DNA of 64,000 nt, taken from the NCBI GenBank assembly GCA_951406725.2, contig OX597816.1, positions 49,476,001-49,540,000 of the forward strand, in the 5' to 3' direction. The position numbers and the translations under genes are program-made. The notes under the pieces are model-generated. The model saw only the letters and a list, made by a program, of their open reading frames with translations, did not search any database and was not told the DNA's origin. Shown here piece by piece: positions 27,380 to 43,407 of this stretch; positions within the stretch are counted from its first letter, which is position 1; every line of letters starts with the position of its first letter. Origin of the DNA: Octopus vulgaris. Lineage: Eukaryota.

Positions 27380-28090
27380 CTTGTGTCATTGCGAAGTATA
27401 TACCACTGAGGAAGATAAGCACGAAAAGGTATTTAGGAATTTATAAATGCACATTAGACGAACAATTGCAAATTCCCTTTCTTGATGGAAGTAAACCGGA
27501 GAACAAGCACCCGATTGTCGGGAATTTGACGTTGCATGATGGAATGCAACGTTCTATGCTGCTTTTTGTGGAATAACACTCAATGTCACTTTGTCAGTAA
27601 ACAGGGGGTTACAGAAAAAAAAAACTAGCCTTGTGTGTGCTTTGGAATCAGGATAAGATCTTTCGCTTAACTGGTTTGTCAATGTGTTCTTTACAATTCA
27701 TGTCTGTCGTTAAAGGCAGATTTGTATATATGGAGGGTTTTGTCTCTTTGATCAGCAACATCCAGAAATTTTGCACTGTGTCTCTGAAAGCAAACACGAC
27801 ATGCTGGTTCGACGTTTATCATGCTGCTTCCCAACTGATGACGTGTGTGTGCTAAGGTGTTCTTTAACTGATATGTACAGAATCAATAAATGTGAGGAGA
27901 ACTGTTCGTTCGATCTGTTAATAAATAGTAAATAGTAAAGGATGTTGGTTAACGATAGACAACAAATACACATAGAAAGTAGTGGCTATTGTTCCTAGAT
28001 CTCTTCTTCTGCTGAACTCATTTTGGATGCATGTGGTTAGACACTGAGAATGTTTAATTTGTAGACACTTGTACGGATTATTTGCTCTTT
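27380..28090 (-). mobile_element. Highly decayed CR1/L2/Jockey-type LINE RT C-terminal fragment
   Basis: Broken frames give RDLG and LLILYISVKEHL..SSV, resembling LYKSLVRPHLEYASSVW. Confidence 0.35.
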
Positions 28091-28239
28091 TCTCATTTTA
28101 TTTGGATATATTAGAGAGCTAGGACGAAGTACGCTGAGTGTTGTTCACTCTGCTTGAAAAGATATATTCTTACCATCAAATGGAATTTGCATCGTATTCA
28201 TTTGATATTTTTAAACATTTTCAACGGATGTAACATTGT

Positions 28240-28442
28240 TTAAAATTTCTAAACGAGGCCAGCAATATTAGACGGGGGAAATAACTCGATTACTTTGACC
28301 CGTGCTGACTCGTTGAGACTTTATCAACCCGTTCTGATTTTATTGACCTCTAAAAGATGAAAGTCGCATCCGAACACGGTGGAATTTGAATTCTAAGCAG
28401 TTTGTTCGACGCACCAACGACTCTGCGACGTCGCTACCTTTT
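28240..28442 (-). mobile_element. Decayed family A SINE
   Basis: GGAATTTGAA B-box remnant and tail GGCCAGCAA. Confidence 0.55.
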
Positions 28443-29822
28443 TGAGTAAGCTGTAACAATATACTTAGCTGCCATGTATATCTATCAACTGGCTGCTCTG
28501 CAGTTTTCATCTCTTCAGTTACTACATAATTATTTACTAGTCGATTGCGATACACAAATCGGTGAGAATAAAATGTAGCTAAACCTTTTCTCAAAATAGC
28601 TTTCACTATATCTGTGATGGTATAACAATCTTTGGATACGATTTTCAGTGTCATTAGCACAAGGTCTTCTGCCAGCTTACATCGAACACAATGTCTTTTA
28701 AATCAAAATTATATATTATGTATCTCCATTACAAATTTGTAGCATATAGTGATACAAAAAGGCACTTATTATTACAAACTGACAAATGTATATTTTACCA
28801 TTATACACAATCATTTTGTTTCGAGAAAATTTTGATATTCTGAGAAGATAAAGTGCTAAAAGTCTTGACACTAGTCGCTTTTTAGGATGTTATTCTTGTC
28901 ATTCATATCAAATGTGATAGCAGATATTGGAAAACAAATATGATGACACGGATTTTGTATGACAATAATTTCATGTTGACTGTAATTAAATATCCACTTC
29001 GATGTAAAATATGCTTAATTTAACTATAGTAAGGAGAAAAAAAACACACACTACTACTCATTTAATACTGACTTTGCTGCTGAGAATTACATTACATTTC
29101 ACTTTAATAATTGACCTCCATTTTGACGAGTCAATCATTTTCAGATTCACAATTATATTTAAAAAAAAACACAATGAAAGAAATACAATAGTTTTCATTG
29201 AGATTCTTTAATCATGTCGTATACTTGAAATGTGTCCATAATAGAATCATGAAATTGACGCTTTCCCTATACTAATGGCATTCGGCCAGCTTGTAGAGTC
29301 TATACTTTGCCATTTATATAGTAATGATTATATGAGCAACAAGATATTGTAAATGAATAAATATACAGCAGAATATCGCTGGAAGTGAAACACATTACTA
29401 TACCATTGAGGACGGAACTTTTATATCACATATGTTATCTGAAATGTGTCTGTAATAATACAATTTTCGGACAGTTGTGAAAAGTAGAAAAAACGATAAG
29501 AATTGATGGAGAATTGATAATGTTCCTGTATTTCAAAGTGACTATAGCCGTTATATAATAAAATAACATTTTATTTTAGTGTGAATGTTAAGTAGGAGGA
29601 TATCATTTACTTGCTAAACAGTTTTTTAATCATACTTCCTTTGACGTATACAGGCGAAAATTGTCTGGAACGAAATTTATATATCAAAACATAGGTTTTA
29701 TTCAATAGTAACATAGTCTTTTCTAATCTTGTAACATCCTAAAAGGAACAGCATTTGTCTCACTACTAATGAAAATATACAGACAACTTAAGATAAAAAC
29801 ATCAATCTAGGTTTAATGTATG

Positions 29823-29860
<38 letters not shown>

Positions 29861-31382
29861 CAGTAATTAAGGAATATCATAAACCCTTGTGTTGTCATTT
29901 TCTCCTAAAAATCAGCAGCAAACCATAATGAATCTGTTCAAGGAAATAAAATAATTGTTTAATTATAGAGTACTTTTTCTATTTGTACTATATTCATTTC
30001 ACGCTTTCCAACCACATACCGTCAGCGAATAAATAGAAATAATGTACTCAAAACAGCATTCTGCTATTTTGATATCTTCACATACGAAATGATTATATAA
30101 TATTGCTGCCGATTTGTCCTGTTCAAAGCAATGACTACAGTTTAATGGAAATATATATTCAATATAGCTGCAAACATATGTAAAATTCTATAAATTTTAG
30201 AAACGATTATCAGCTTCAGTCAGTTTACTATTACTTCATTCGATTACATCGGTCATAACGTCGTTTCAATCAAGAAATATTTAGAGTCAATGCTTCTCAT
30301 AAAAAACTATTTGGGCGTCATGTTTTTTAGTCGCATCCACCTTTAATGCATGAACAGCTCTAAGAGGAAACCTCAAACCTGAAGGCACATAGGATTGAAA
30401 ACCCCCGTATTTCACAGAAATTTTCATCTTACGTTTTCATGCCCATCCTATATTTAATTGCTAATCCGTAGCTCGTTGCAAACAACAAAAATATCAGTTA
30501 ATTATGAAACCTGAATCTTATCGCTTTGACATATGTTTCACGAAAGTCTGTTAGAACCCAAGCTGGCGAAAAAGCCTATATGTAGGCAATACGGTAGTGA
30601 GATATTACTATATATTCCTGAATAAGAGAATACTGTCTGAAATAAAAAGAAAGATTCATTGAATAACTAGGTCGATGATGATGAAAGATGCATGACTGGC
30701 GCCCCTTTGATCATAAGTACGCTTGATAAAAAATACTTCGCAAAAATTATCTTTAACAACGCTCGTATTTTACCTCTCTCTAAACTTTCTCTGTCACTCT
30801 GTGCGTCTGTCTCTCTTCCTATTATGGAGATATAATTGATGAGATACTTAATTGATTATCCTTATCGTAGAAAAGTGAGTACATACCCGTTCTGACCACG
30901 ACCACGTTCATTTGTCCAATGTAGAACTTGTACATCACTAACAAAAAATAAATCTTTAGAAGAGAGAATTATAATACGATGTTTTGGCTTCCACTAAGTA
31001 AAATTAAATATAACTATAGTACTACTGAATCCACTTCGATCTTTACGTTTCTTCATAGGTTCTACCTGGAGTGTGACTTAAGATATTTATGTTTTGAAAA
31101 TTATAATTTAGAATAATTTAGTTCTGGTCTATATCAGAAAAATAAACTCTATTTTGGAGGGCTTCTTAAATCTTAGAACGATTCTTTATTTTTAATCATA
31201 CATTTTATGATGAAACATTGCGTGTCAAATTACCTTGCAATCTAGTTTGAACATAGAAAGGTACAATAATAAGTTTCAGTTATGTAAGCTTCGACGTTTA
31301 AAATACATGTTTGTTCTTGTGCTTGAGAGCAAACGACTCATTAGCAGGTTTCGAGGAATGTATCTCGTAGAATTAATTTTTA

Positions 31383-31680
31383 CCCTTAGATGGACCGAGT
31401 GTGTCAATTGACGAATTTTGAAATGCTAATTGCACAAAATTCAGAAACTACTACTCGTGCTCTTTACTCTTTAACTTGTTTCAGTAATTTGACTGTGGCC
31501 ATGCTGGAGCACTGCCTTTAGTTGAGCAGATCGATCCCAGGGCTTATTCTTTGTAAACCTAGTACTTATTCAATCGGTCTCTTTTGCCGAACCGCTAGGT
31601 TACGGGGACGTAAACACACTAGCATCGGTTGTCAAGCGATGTTGGGGGGCAAACACAGACACACAGACATACACACACAT

Positions 31681-31734
<54 letters not shown>

Positions 31735-32972
31735 CATATTTATACATATTTATATACAACGGGCTTGTTTCAGTTTCTGTTTACGAAATCCACTCACAAG
31801 GCTTTGGTCGGCCCGAGGGCATAGCAGAAGACACCTGCCCAAGGTGCTACGCAGTGGAACCATGTGGTTCGTAAGCCAGCTACTTACCATAAGCCACTCC
31901 TACGCCTATTGTAGATTTTGACATCATGGTGCTTGGCTTTTCGTTGCTTTATGATATCTATATATACTATAAATTATAGGTCGTTTGCACCAACTGAAGG
32001 AAAAAGAAACATACTACCTTTAAAGACCACATGCTTCAACTGTCGTATTGGCAACTTTTGAAACTTTTGTTTATATGACCTGCTTTTGTTTATAAATACA
32101 TATGATTACATTTTAGATATTCAGTAATTGCTTAGCTTTTACAACTCGCAAAACAAAACTGCAGTTCAGTTGGAACAACTTGTCAGAACAGAAGGGTAAA
32201 ACTGGTGAAACCACTCAATGGAAAGTAGTTTTGAAATACACAAAAAAGCCTACTGTCACAATTATATCGTTCCCGTGCGAAAAAATCAAAGTCAGTTGTT
32301 GTTTTGAATACCTTACATCAACATGTACAAGTTCCTTCTGAAGATAACCCCAAGAAGAAGACTGACACCATACTTTTTATATCAAAATAAGGTAGGCGCA
32401 TATTTGCTTGACCAACTGGCAAAGTTTTATGCAGTCAAAGAAAGCAGTAGACTATTGTCAATACACGTCTTTTTATAATATTTTGGATGATGCTCTTATA
32501 AACATCTGGGTAATACACAAGTGTCAGCAACTCGTCCATTTGTCAACGGGAATATATTCAAAACGTTGCTCAAGAACTTAGTGGTGATTCACCTCATGGT
32601 CGTTCATGTATAATCAAACACTGTATTGAGGATACATCTGCCTCTGGAAAGAAAGTCAGACGTACATGGGTGAAAATAAAATGCCGAAACAGAACTACAG
32701 AAATGTATGGATTCTGTAGGAAAACCTCTGTGTAACAAATGTATGCCAAAACGTTACGATGAATGTTATGGTATTTCAATAACATCCTTTTTATTTTATA
32801 AGGATAAGTTTCTGTCAAAATATCAAACTATTGCCAATAATATCATCATGAAGTAATAACATTCAATAGATTTATATATTTAACAATGTTTTTCTTACAT
32901 CTCCTTTTCTTTTTTTCTTTCCAATGAAAAAAAATCATGTTTCCGTCAATTGACGCATCTGGTCCTTAAAGG
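31383..32972 (+). mobile_element. Internally deleted piggyBac-like transposon
   Basis: TIRs CCCTT..GGACC..GTGTCAATTGACG / CGTCAATTGACGCATCTGGTCCTTAAAGG. Remnants KKSKSVVVLNTLH, DTILFY, FYNILDDALINIW and a Cys-containing tail. Confidence 0.75.
31462..31908 (-). mobile_element. Family B SINE nested in the piggyBac
   Basis: Reverse complement of 11527-11910, with internal microsatellite. Confidence 0.9.
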
Positions 32973-33137
32973 TAGGTGAAAAGTCCGATCGTTCTCGCGT
33001 TAAATGAGGTATCAGTATTTCAGCACCAGATAGCAAACCAGTACCTGGAATGAAATTGGTGGTTATGTAAACAATTGAAACTCTAAAAGAAAAAATCCAA
33101 TCTCGCTCTCACTATATATATATATATATATATATAT

Positions 33138-33362
33138 TGTTGGCATCCTTTCTGTCTCGGGAGACAATGGAGTTGCGCACAAAATAATCTAGGCAGGCTT
33201 TTACATTTCAGGTCCTAATACATCTCCTGCTGTGGCTGTGTAGTCCTATCCGGGACAAACACTCCCTCTGGCAGGTGCCGCAAATGTAGCGAAGACTTTG
33301 CCTGGCTGGTTGTAATGTCACAGTTTCTTGTTGACGTCTTTTCTTGTCTTTCCATTTCTCCT
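33138..33362 (-). mobile_element. RTE-clade LINE 3' end
   Basis: YICGTCQRECLSRIGLHSHSRRC* terminal C2H2-like finger (stop at 33208-33210) and 3' end GTCTCCCGAGACAGAAAGGATGCC. Confidence 0.8.
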
Positions 33363-33399
33363 ACATATATATACTTTTGATATATATTTAAAATAATAT

Positions 33400-33480
33400 A
33401 AATTAAATTAATTTTATGTATTGGTTTATGTTTTTCATTGTTTGATTTGCTTAATAGTGCTTTTATCTCTAATTTAATAT
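33400..33480. mobile_element. PLE terminal fragment
   Basis: Similar to 60914-60985; abuts (TA)n. Confidence 0.55.
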
Positions 33481-34698
33481 AATATATATATATATATATA
33501 TATGCTACCCACACAAATAGACAAACATTTTCTTTTGGACTTTATACTAAGTACATTACACTGGAAAGTTTTCTCGCAGATGTTACTCTGTTAAGATCCT
33601 TCCGAATAATAGAAATATTTGGGAAACTATAGTGGCAATGTAAACAATCTCTATTGTTATTCAGGTTTTGTAAATAATGAACCATTCTTTGCCTATTTTA
33701 AGCTAATACATTTAAATGGCCTACTTTAGAACGTGAAAGGTTTATTTTGTAAACTTATTGTTCTTATAATACTTTTAACCAAATTGATTTTCTACCTAAG
33801 GTTTAACCGAAGTAGATATTAAAAAAAATAATATTGTTTCTAAAGATGTTTTACAAGAAGTTCCATATTTATTTTGGTGTCTTTATAAAGAATGAAAATA
33901 TTTAAGATCAAAGAATATTCTTGTAAAAGACAACGTTTGCCTTTGTACTTTTTAATATTTATTTCTAAAATATGCACAATGTTGTGCTTTAGAATATATT
34001 CTCCTTTCTACTGTATGGTATTAAAATATGGAAATATTGAAAGAAATGAATAACCGAATGTGAATAATTGAACAACTATTACATAAAAACATCAGAAATG
34101 ACGAATATACACGAGAAAAAGAAGTATGTTTAGCAATTACCACTTTTATATGTTTATTAGACTGAATGTGTTGAATATTAAAGAAAATATTACCATAAGT
34201 TTAGGTTAAAGTCAGGGTAGGGGAAGTAAACATATACTGGATACTATTTCAGTGAGAAATATTTTCGCCGAAATAAAAAAAAATAAGACCATATTTCTTG
34301 TTGCATTTTCAAATATTATTAATCGAGCAGTAATACTTGTTTAGAGATGTTATAACAATAGTAATTTGTTGAAAAATGTGGTGAGAAATCACTTATAAAA
34401 ATGTTTACTTTATGGAAATTCTAACGTATATTTATTGGAATATATGCTGTGAGGGATGGCAATTATAAATATTAGAAATTGCAAATAAGATAGAAGACAA
34501 ATATAGCGTGATATACTTAAAATTGATCTTTCAGCTACATCGAAACAAAAAACACGCATTTACGTGCTTTTATCACGCAGAAGAAGTGACATAAATCCGC
34601 ACATCCACGCATACATATATCCATACGTACGTACATACATACATACATACACACATACATACACACATATATACATATACATACATACATACATACAT

Positions 34699-34771
<73 letters not shown>

Positions 34772-35411
34772 CACGCAATATTTTAAAAATATCTCTCTTA
34801 AAATGAAAATATAAATTTCCTTGAAGACTATGTTTTTCAAAAACAAATGCAGAAATGATTTTAGACTCACGGTTCATATATTTTTAACTAACCAAAAATA
34901 AAGAAAAATTAAGGTGTATAAATTCGTCCGCTAATTCATTCAAGTCTGAATATACTTTCAAGTTAATTTATAGCAATTATTTTAATGGAGGAAATATCTT
35001 ACTAATCTTTCTATTTAAATACACAAAATCTTAATTAATTAGTAAATTAAATGTTATTATCTATCATTAGATGATCTATCATTAGCTCTTCCTTTTCCAT
35101 GTCCACTCTCAGATTATTCGATGTTCAGACTCTTGTTAGCAATGCTTGAATCAGAAACATTGATGCTAGAGCTGTTTAAAAGACAAAACAGAAGCGATAT
35201 ATATCACAATAATAAGAGCTTATACACACACGGATTCACACACACACACACACACATGTAGTTTTCAGTTCGATTCAAAGGCCAAGCTGTATCGGCCTTT
35301 GCCTTTCCCTTGGACAACAGCAGTGCCATGGAGAGGAGTCGCTGGTATGTAAGGTCAACGTATAGTCTTCCACAGGCAACCTTAAAGGCAAGAACTTATC
35401 ACCTCACCTTC

Positions 35412-35793
<382 letters not shown>

Positions 35794-36260
35794 TCTTTTG
35801 TAAACTTATTAAGATAGCACTCTGGGGGTTGATTAAGTCGTTTTTGACTCATGTTTCTCGCAATGCTGGTACTATTTGATGTACCCTTGTTTATAAATTT
35901 GCATTTAGTCTTTAATTGCTACTTTACTTATAGTATACACGTCTACCGTTTTGAAATCGCGCACGTTTTCAAAGGTTTCTCTTATGAGCTAGCGAAACGA
36001 GTTATGTTTAACCCTAAGCGCAGATGCAATGCACCAAACTTCATAATCACGTGAAATGGGTATATCTGCTACATCGCTTGGGAGCTTATGTCACTACGGT
36101 ACCGGACTTTCTCGCTTTCTCTCTTTTGTCAACTTATTTTGATAGTGTTTTTGTTGCTACTTGAGTCATTTTTGACATTTATTTCTAGGAATGCTGGTAC
36201 TCTATTGTACCCTAGTTTATAAATTTGCTTTTAGGTTTTAATTGCTAATAGGCTACCTAC
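35794..36260. repeat. TA-flanked element with ~80 bp diverged direct repeats (35841-35920, 36170-36248)
   Basis: TTTTTGAC...AATGCTGGTACT...TTTATAAATTTGC...TTTAATTGCTA occurs twice. Confidence 0.6.
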
Positions 36261-36394
<134 letters not shown>

Positions 36395-36493
36395 TGTATT
36401 TTACCTTGTTAACAATTAACACGGATAAATAAATAAATAGTTACCAGGGCAGCAAAAGTCTCACAAGTAAAGATGTTGTAACTCCATTTTTTA

Positions 36494-36554
<61 letters not shown>

Positions 36555-36640
36555 ATATGTATGTATGTATATATGTATGTGTGTATGTATGTACATGTAT
36601 AATTGCTAATGGTCCACCTCCATTATATGTATATATATGT

Positions 36641-36926
36641 TTATTAAAATTATAATTTAAGGTATCTAAGAGATACCACCACGCTAGAAATAGCATTCAA
36701 AACTTGACTCTAAAACCACATTAAATGTTCATACATCACCAGGAGAGAAGACAAAAGATAAAATGAACTCGCCAAAAAAATTACTGGAAATTTACTAGTT
36801 TATTTTGTCTTTTTGTTTTCTCTCCTGGTCCTGTACGAACATTTAATGCTGTTTTAGAGTCAAGTCTTGGCTGCTATTTCTAGCGTGGTGGTATCTCTTA
36901 GATACCCTAAATTATAATTTTAATAA
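36641..36926. repeat. ~285 bp fold-back palindrome; single-arm copy at 26192-26290
   Basis: TTATTAAAATTATAATTTAAGGTATCTAAGAGATACCACCACGCTAGAAATAGC mirrored. Confidence 0.88.
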
Positions 36927-37029
36927 TTATTATTACCTTTGAAGGTTTTAATTCACATGCTGTCCACTTGATAAGATCGATATTTAAATAACGATCTAAT
37001 CCTTATCTAAATTTATATATATATATGCC

Positions 37030-37125
<96 letters not shown>

Positions 37126-38593
37126 CATACATACGTACACACACACATACGCACACACACATATTTATACACATGTATTTATACCTTCTTATAAAATATA
37201 CCATTAATTATAAGTATACAATCTCTTCTGATGTATTAAGATATACGTCACAGGATACTCTGTCTTATATGAAGAATTTAATATTCCGAATAATGCTGGT
37301 TATGAAATAATCTTTGGTGACACTTATACAATACTTTCCGTATTATACAAAATTCAGTTGGAAATTTTGACTTTTGGAGCCTATTCTTACAAAGTACGTC
37401 AAACTAGTAAGAGATAAACATGAGATTGCATTTAGAAAAATAAAATTGGAAAATATCTAAGTAACAAGATTGTTTAAGATAAGATTAAAAATCCCGAAAG
37501 TAGTATTTAGTGAATTATCTGGAGGATGATATCGGATTAATTTACAAAATGATCAATGCATTTGTATTTAAAATAAACATGCTAGTAACTAAATAAATGT
37601 ACAACATAAACAAATATAAAACACAAAGAAACGTGTAGGCACACGTATGTACACCTGTACATTTGTCTAGACACATACATATATACATATAAATTTATTA
37701 TTGTGTCTGTATGCATGTATCTATTCATGTATTATATGTACTCTGTAGTACTAAAAAGTACTAATCTTTCTGCCTATATATATCACACCGATATTTGTTT
37801 GCAGATTTACCATAATAACAATATATAAACTTATACCTGACCTCTTCAGTACCTTTAAGGCACTGAACATGGTATCTTTAAGTCACTGGCCGATTTAAGG
37901 TCGTCCTCTAACGGTATTTCTTTAAAGTTGGGGTTGACATACAGAAGGTAGAAGCAACAAATTATAGTTAGCAGTCGTCGCATTCGTTCCCGAAACCCTA
38001 ACTGTGAAGTATGTCCATCTACGTTCCTAGAAAGACGTCTGTCGTTGTAGTTTATGAAGGTATTTGACGCGTATATAGTTATGAGATGTAATCGTTGCAA
38101 TTTAAATCCATTGCTGTGCAATATTTAAAACACTAAGCATAACTGTAAACATACTACGTAGGTGTTAGATATGCTATTGGGTCTGTTTTGCTAGTTTTCT
38201 TTAGTTTTAGATGAATTAAGATGTGCTTTGTAAAGTGTATATATACATACGCACACATACATACCTGCATGTATGCCTGCATACATACATTCATACATAC
38301 ATACATACATACATACATACATACATACATACATACATACATACATACATACATACATACATACAAACATATAGAGAGATTTAAAGATAAATTTGTAGGT
38401 AGAAAGACAGATGGATAGATAGATAGATAGATACATTTAATTATCAAAACAACGTTTCTGAATGAATAAATAAACTGAAGCTTAAAATACTTCAACTTAA
38501 TTATAAACGGAACCAAATCTTCATACACATACATGATATGTATATATACATACGTACATATATATGCATGTATAACTACACATATATGCATGC

Positions 38594-38682
<89 letters not shown>

Positions 38683-39480
38683 TGTATATATATACGTGTG
38701 TATATGAGTATATATTTAATACAGATATAATATATGAAGAAATGCATTTGTATGTACATATATATGTGTGCAAATATATATATGTATATGTTGATATATA
38801 TATATGTGTGTGTGTGTGTGTATATATGTACACACACTTACATACATATACACATACATGCACTCATACACACCCGCCCACACGCACGCACACACACACG
38901 CATACTTGTATATATATACATATGCAGACACAAACACGCACAAACATCCATATCAATACGTCATTAATTTTAGAATACCATTATCTTTTCATATTTATAA
39001 ACAGCTATCACCAATAATAATTTTCGTTATTGTTAATCATAACGTTGTTCTTGTTGCAGTCCGCTGTTCCATTGTTTATAACCATAAAGCTGTAATTTTG
39101 CACAAGTTTGATGCTACATCATACAGTTTTCTTATAGAAAAGCAGTGAAACACATGTGAAAAGGTAATGATGTGCTAGCTGACAATATAGATTATTCTCT
39201 CTTAAACTTAACAATTTTCATTGAAATTAATTACTTTGGATTTTTCAATTGAATTAATTATATTATATAATTTCATATTGTTTATTTTATGGTTTCTACT
39301 TCTTGGCACTAGTTGCAATCCTTTAATAAAAGAGTTTTATTGTTTGGCTATATTCAGCACTATGCCGTGAACATGGATCTCTTTCAAATAATATCAACAC
39401 TTATGTATGACTTGAGGTTGATAAAGACAACTCTATCAACGGTTAAAATTCACTTCCCGCTTCTTCATCATCATTATACC

Positions 39481-39881
39481 TGTTGTTGTTGTTGTTGTTG
39501 TTACTGCTGTTTATGTTGCTCTTCTTCTTTTTCCCTCTTCTTTTTCCATTCTTCTTCATCTTCTTCTTCTTCTTCTTCTTCTTCTTCTTCTTCTTCTTCC
39601 CTCTGCGCTTCCCCTCTTCTTCTTTTCCATTCTTTTTCTTCTTCTTCTTTCTCTCTTTTTTCCATTCTTCTTTTTCTTCTTCTTCTTCTTTCTCTCTTTT
39701 TTCCATTCTTTTTCTTCTTCTTCTTTCTCTCTTTTTTCCATGCTTCTTCTTTTTCTTCTTCTTCTTCTTTCCCTCTTTTTTCCATTCTTCTTCTTCTTCT
39801 TCTTCTTTTTCTTTTACTTCTTTTTCCCTCTTCTTTTTTCCATTCTTCTTCTTCATCTAGCTGCTGCTGCTACTACTACTG

Positions 39882-39916
<35 letters not shown>

Positions 39917-39940
39917 GCCGCTAATGCTGCTGCTGCTGCG
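39481..39940. repeat. (TGT)n, higher-order (TTC)n and (CTA)n low-complexity tract
   Basis: TTTTTCCATTCTT punctuates TTC runs every ~35-60 bp. Confidence 0.9.
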
Positions 39941-41031
39941 CCCGATCCTGTATTTTCTGTTTCACTAAGGGATAGTCCATCACACAAATAACGTTGAGAA
40001 TACAAAATGACCAATCCTCTTTTCGCCATTGGCTCTTAATCTCGGCAATGCGAACAACTTCAATATATACAATACAACACGTAGTTAGATTCTCATTCAT
40101 TTGGAAAAATGCAGTTTGTTTTCAAAGAATGGTCATTCGAATAATTGGGCTTTTAGAAAGCATGGGCAATCAAAATTAATATTTTTGAACATAAAATGTT
40201 ATCAACTGAGAAAGTCTGCGCATTTGCAATTTGCCTTTCATTATTTATTGTGTGCAGAAAAAAACCCAATTAAAAATTGCAAAAAGTGAGATTCCCACTA
40301 TTTGTCTCTTCTGTATAGTGATTCTGTTATTGTCCAGGCTTCGCTATTGAAGAACAGAATTGCTTCAATACAGGCTTTGAAAAATAGTGTTATACTTTCA
40401 TGACTGGCTGAAAGAATCCCGAAAACTTAAGTGTGCGCACGACTACCAGCACTAATTGGAATCTTTGTTTAAACGCTTTTCTAGTGTCTGACATGTCACA
40501 TCTAAGAGAAAAGAAAGAAAAGAACATTGACAAAATCATACGCGAGTTCCAACTCGTACACATACATATTCATATATTGCCTGAGAGACACATTCTGCTA
40601 ACAAAAAATAAACGATTGAAACTTAACTTAAAATCGTACTTCAGACATTTGCTGCCCGTTTCGCTTTTGTTTTTGTCTCTATGAGAACTAAGAAAGTATT
40701 GAAACCGCTACAGACAAGTTGAGATTCGTTTGATAAATAGTCATAAATGTATGCAGTTCACCCTGTGCATTTTATTTTACAATGAGATTGCCCTTCTAAA
40801 GTACAACTATGTTTTACCGCGCGCGCGTACACACACGCACAGAGGAATTACTCTCACATACTCACATCACGCAAATAGACACAGACATATACACAAACAC
40901 ATGTTGATTGATTGATTGATTGATTCTAGTTTCAGCTTATGAGCTGTGGCCATGCTGGGGCACCGCCATATATATGATACAATCATGTAGAACTTATGTG
41001 TCTCTCTGGAGTCTGTCTGTCTGTCTGTTTG

Positions 41032-41065
<34 letters not shown>

Positions 41066-41103
41066 CCTTTTTCTTTACCTACCTGCCTATCAAACTAGCT
41101 ATA

Positions 41104-41197
<94 letters not shown>

Positions 41198-41996
41198 TGT
41201 GTGTGTGTCTAAGTGTGCATATATATGTGTATGAGTACGTGTGTGAATGCACGCGTGTGTGTATGGGAATTTAAACTTAAGTCGGAACATTAGAAAACTA
41301 AATTTTAGAATAACTCAGATTCTATCTACATTCCTTCCACACTCTTTATATGCCTAAAAGTGAACCACATCTTCCGCAATACATCAACAATATAGAGGAA
41401 GTGTTTTTACATACATTTTGATTTCTCTCACAGCTAGGCTTTTCAAAATTGATTTTGAATTCAGTCCATCTATATGTGTGTGTGTTTGTGTGTATGCTTG
41501 TTTGTTTGTGTGTGAGTGTGTTTATGTCCGTGTATGCATGTGCGTGCGTGTGCGTATGTTTGTATGTGCGTGTGTGTTTGTGTAAAAGTTTGACGCACAA
41601 AACAGCTTGAAACAGATTGACTGAAATGAATGTCAATGGTCAATACCACGAAGCCATAGCATATTCGCATAGACACACACATAAACACACATATATTATG
41701 CATAAATGGCAATGTACGTATATGTGTGTGTGTGTGTCGATCTGTCTGTTATCATCTTGCAGCCTGCACCAGTGAACCAATTTTGACGAAACTTTGCATA
41801 AATGTTAAACTAACATCCAGGAACGGAAAGAAAGGTGTGTGTGAGGAATACGTATTTTAAAGGAGAGAGTGGGTAAGTGGCTTTTCTGCTGTCCATTTCA
41901 AATAAAGACTCACACATAGACACACACATACATTCATATATATATATATACGTATATACATACATATGCTTACTATATACAATTTTAAACTCGTGA

Positions 41997-43390
41997 CTAC
42001 CTGTGTGTACACTTGTAAATGTGTGTGAGTTTGTTTTAGCGTGTGTGTTTGTATGTGTGACATCGTATAACTGTCTGTCTCTCTACTTTTCTAGGATCAT
42101 CAGTGTTGCTGTCACATGCGAAATTTTAAAATTAAGTCAAATTTTAAAGATAGGACAACATTATACACAAGAGGAAGGAAGTTCGCTACCGTAGGAGTAC
42201 GTTTTGAAAAAGAGGAAGAAGCTAAAAGACACGCTACTATAGCAGTGAGAACAACTAGATGGATACTTCTACCTACCTATTGCGGAAAACGAGCTGCGAA
42301 AGTGGGAATAGGAAAAGTACCACCGGAGATGAATATAGAAAGGCTGGTAGCAGCCATAATATACAATTGTAAAGAAGAAGTTGATATCCTCAAAGTTCAA
42401 AAATCAACAGATATTAACTGGTGGGGGTTATAGTATAGAGGCCCTGATACACATAACCCTGCCGGATTTACACAGAATTTCAGAGGAGTTGGTACTCCCC
42501 GATGAAACCCGATTGAGTGTCTTGTTGGAGGGGTGACCGCCAATATGTTACAAATGTAAAAGTAGAGGACACATGCAAGCAAAGTATTCCTTAAGAGAAG
42601 TGCAGGTGGAAGAGATGGAGATGTGCAGCGACGGAGCGAGAGAGGTTGAAGAAGAAAAAAGGAAGAAAACGAGGAAGAGAAAAAGGAAGAAGAAATAATG
42701 GTAGAAAGAAAGAGAACGAGGGTGGAGTCACCACCAAAAAGCCCTGAGAAAAGAAAAGCAGGTAAAGAAGAAAAAAAGACGTCAGTAAGTGAAAAAGAAA
42801 GTGCAGAGATTCGAACTCAGGAACTGAAGACAATAACAATGTGTGAAGAATGTAAAGCTAAAAAAGCGAAATTCGATGAATAGAGGAGGAGAGTGGCAAA
42901 GAGATAGGATTATGTAAAGCGAACAGGACGACCTTCGGGACAGAATTTAAGAACATTGATATTCTACGATAAGAATATGGAAATAGAGAAACGGTTAACT
43001 AAACAAAAGGTTTGATAACATTAAATTTGGAACAGGACATGTTTGAATCGAGTAATAGAGCAGTATTAGTGAAAATAGAGAAAATGGAAAAACTAGTAGA
43101 GACATTCAAAGGCAGGATTAAAGCATGTAATATACATGTTCGTTATGAATATTTGGCCAGCGTGATTGGGCTGGAGGACGTAATAGAACATATAACAGAT
43201 GAATAAACAAAATGATTTCAAACTGTATTACAAACTGTATAAAAGAACTGTAAAATGGAACCGCGAGCTTCTCCATTACAAATAATTCATTTCATAATTC
43301 ATTATTTGTTATGTGTACCCTAAATTTTGTGTTGTATGTATTTGTAATGTCCATTCTTTGTTTCAGGCCTTTTGCCTATAATAAAGAGAT
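41997..43390 (+). mobile_element. ORF1(gag)-only non-LTR element, copy 1 (5'-truncated, decayed)
   Basis: YTRGRKFATVGVRFE...WILLPTYCGKR; knuckle CYKCKSRGHMQAKY; ORF ends 43206; hairpin and AATAAA at 43365-43385; no ORF2. Confidence 0.75.
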
Positions 43391-43407
43391 AAACTCGTGA
43401 TTGTCAC

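Noticed and set aside
35980-36005. CTTATGA-GCTAGC-GAAAC hammerhead-like string
   Set aside because: Invariant G5 is absent and stem I is unconvincing.
36965-37010. TTGATAA followed by a GATCG/CGATC stem, resembling a U3-A8 hammerhead
   Set aside because: GAAA and the 3' strand of stem I are missing.
39313-39991. Poly-S/F/K/E ORFs
   Set aside because: Trinucleotide low-complexity tract.
41725-41900. Helentron/HINE-like core motif CCAATTTTGACGAAACTTTG after a microsatellite
   Set aside because: Single short motif; no termini identified.
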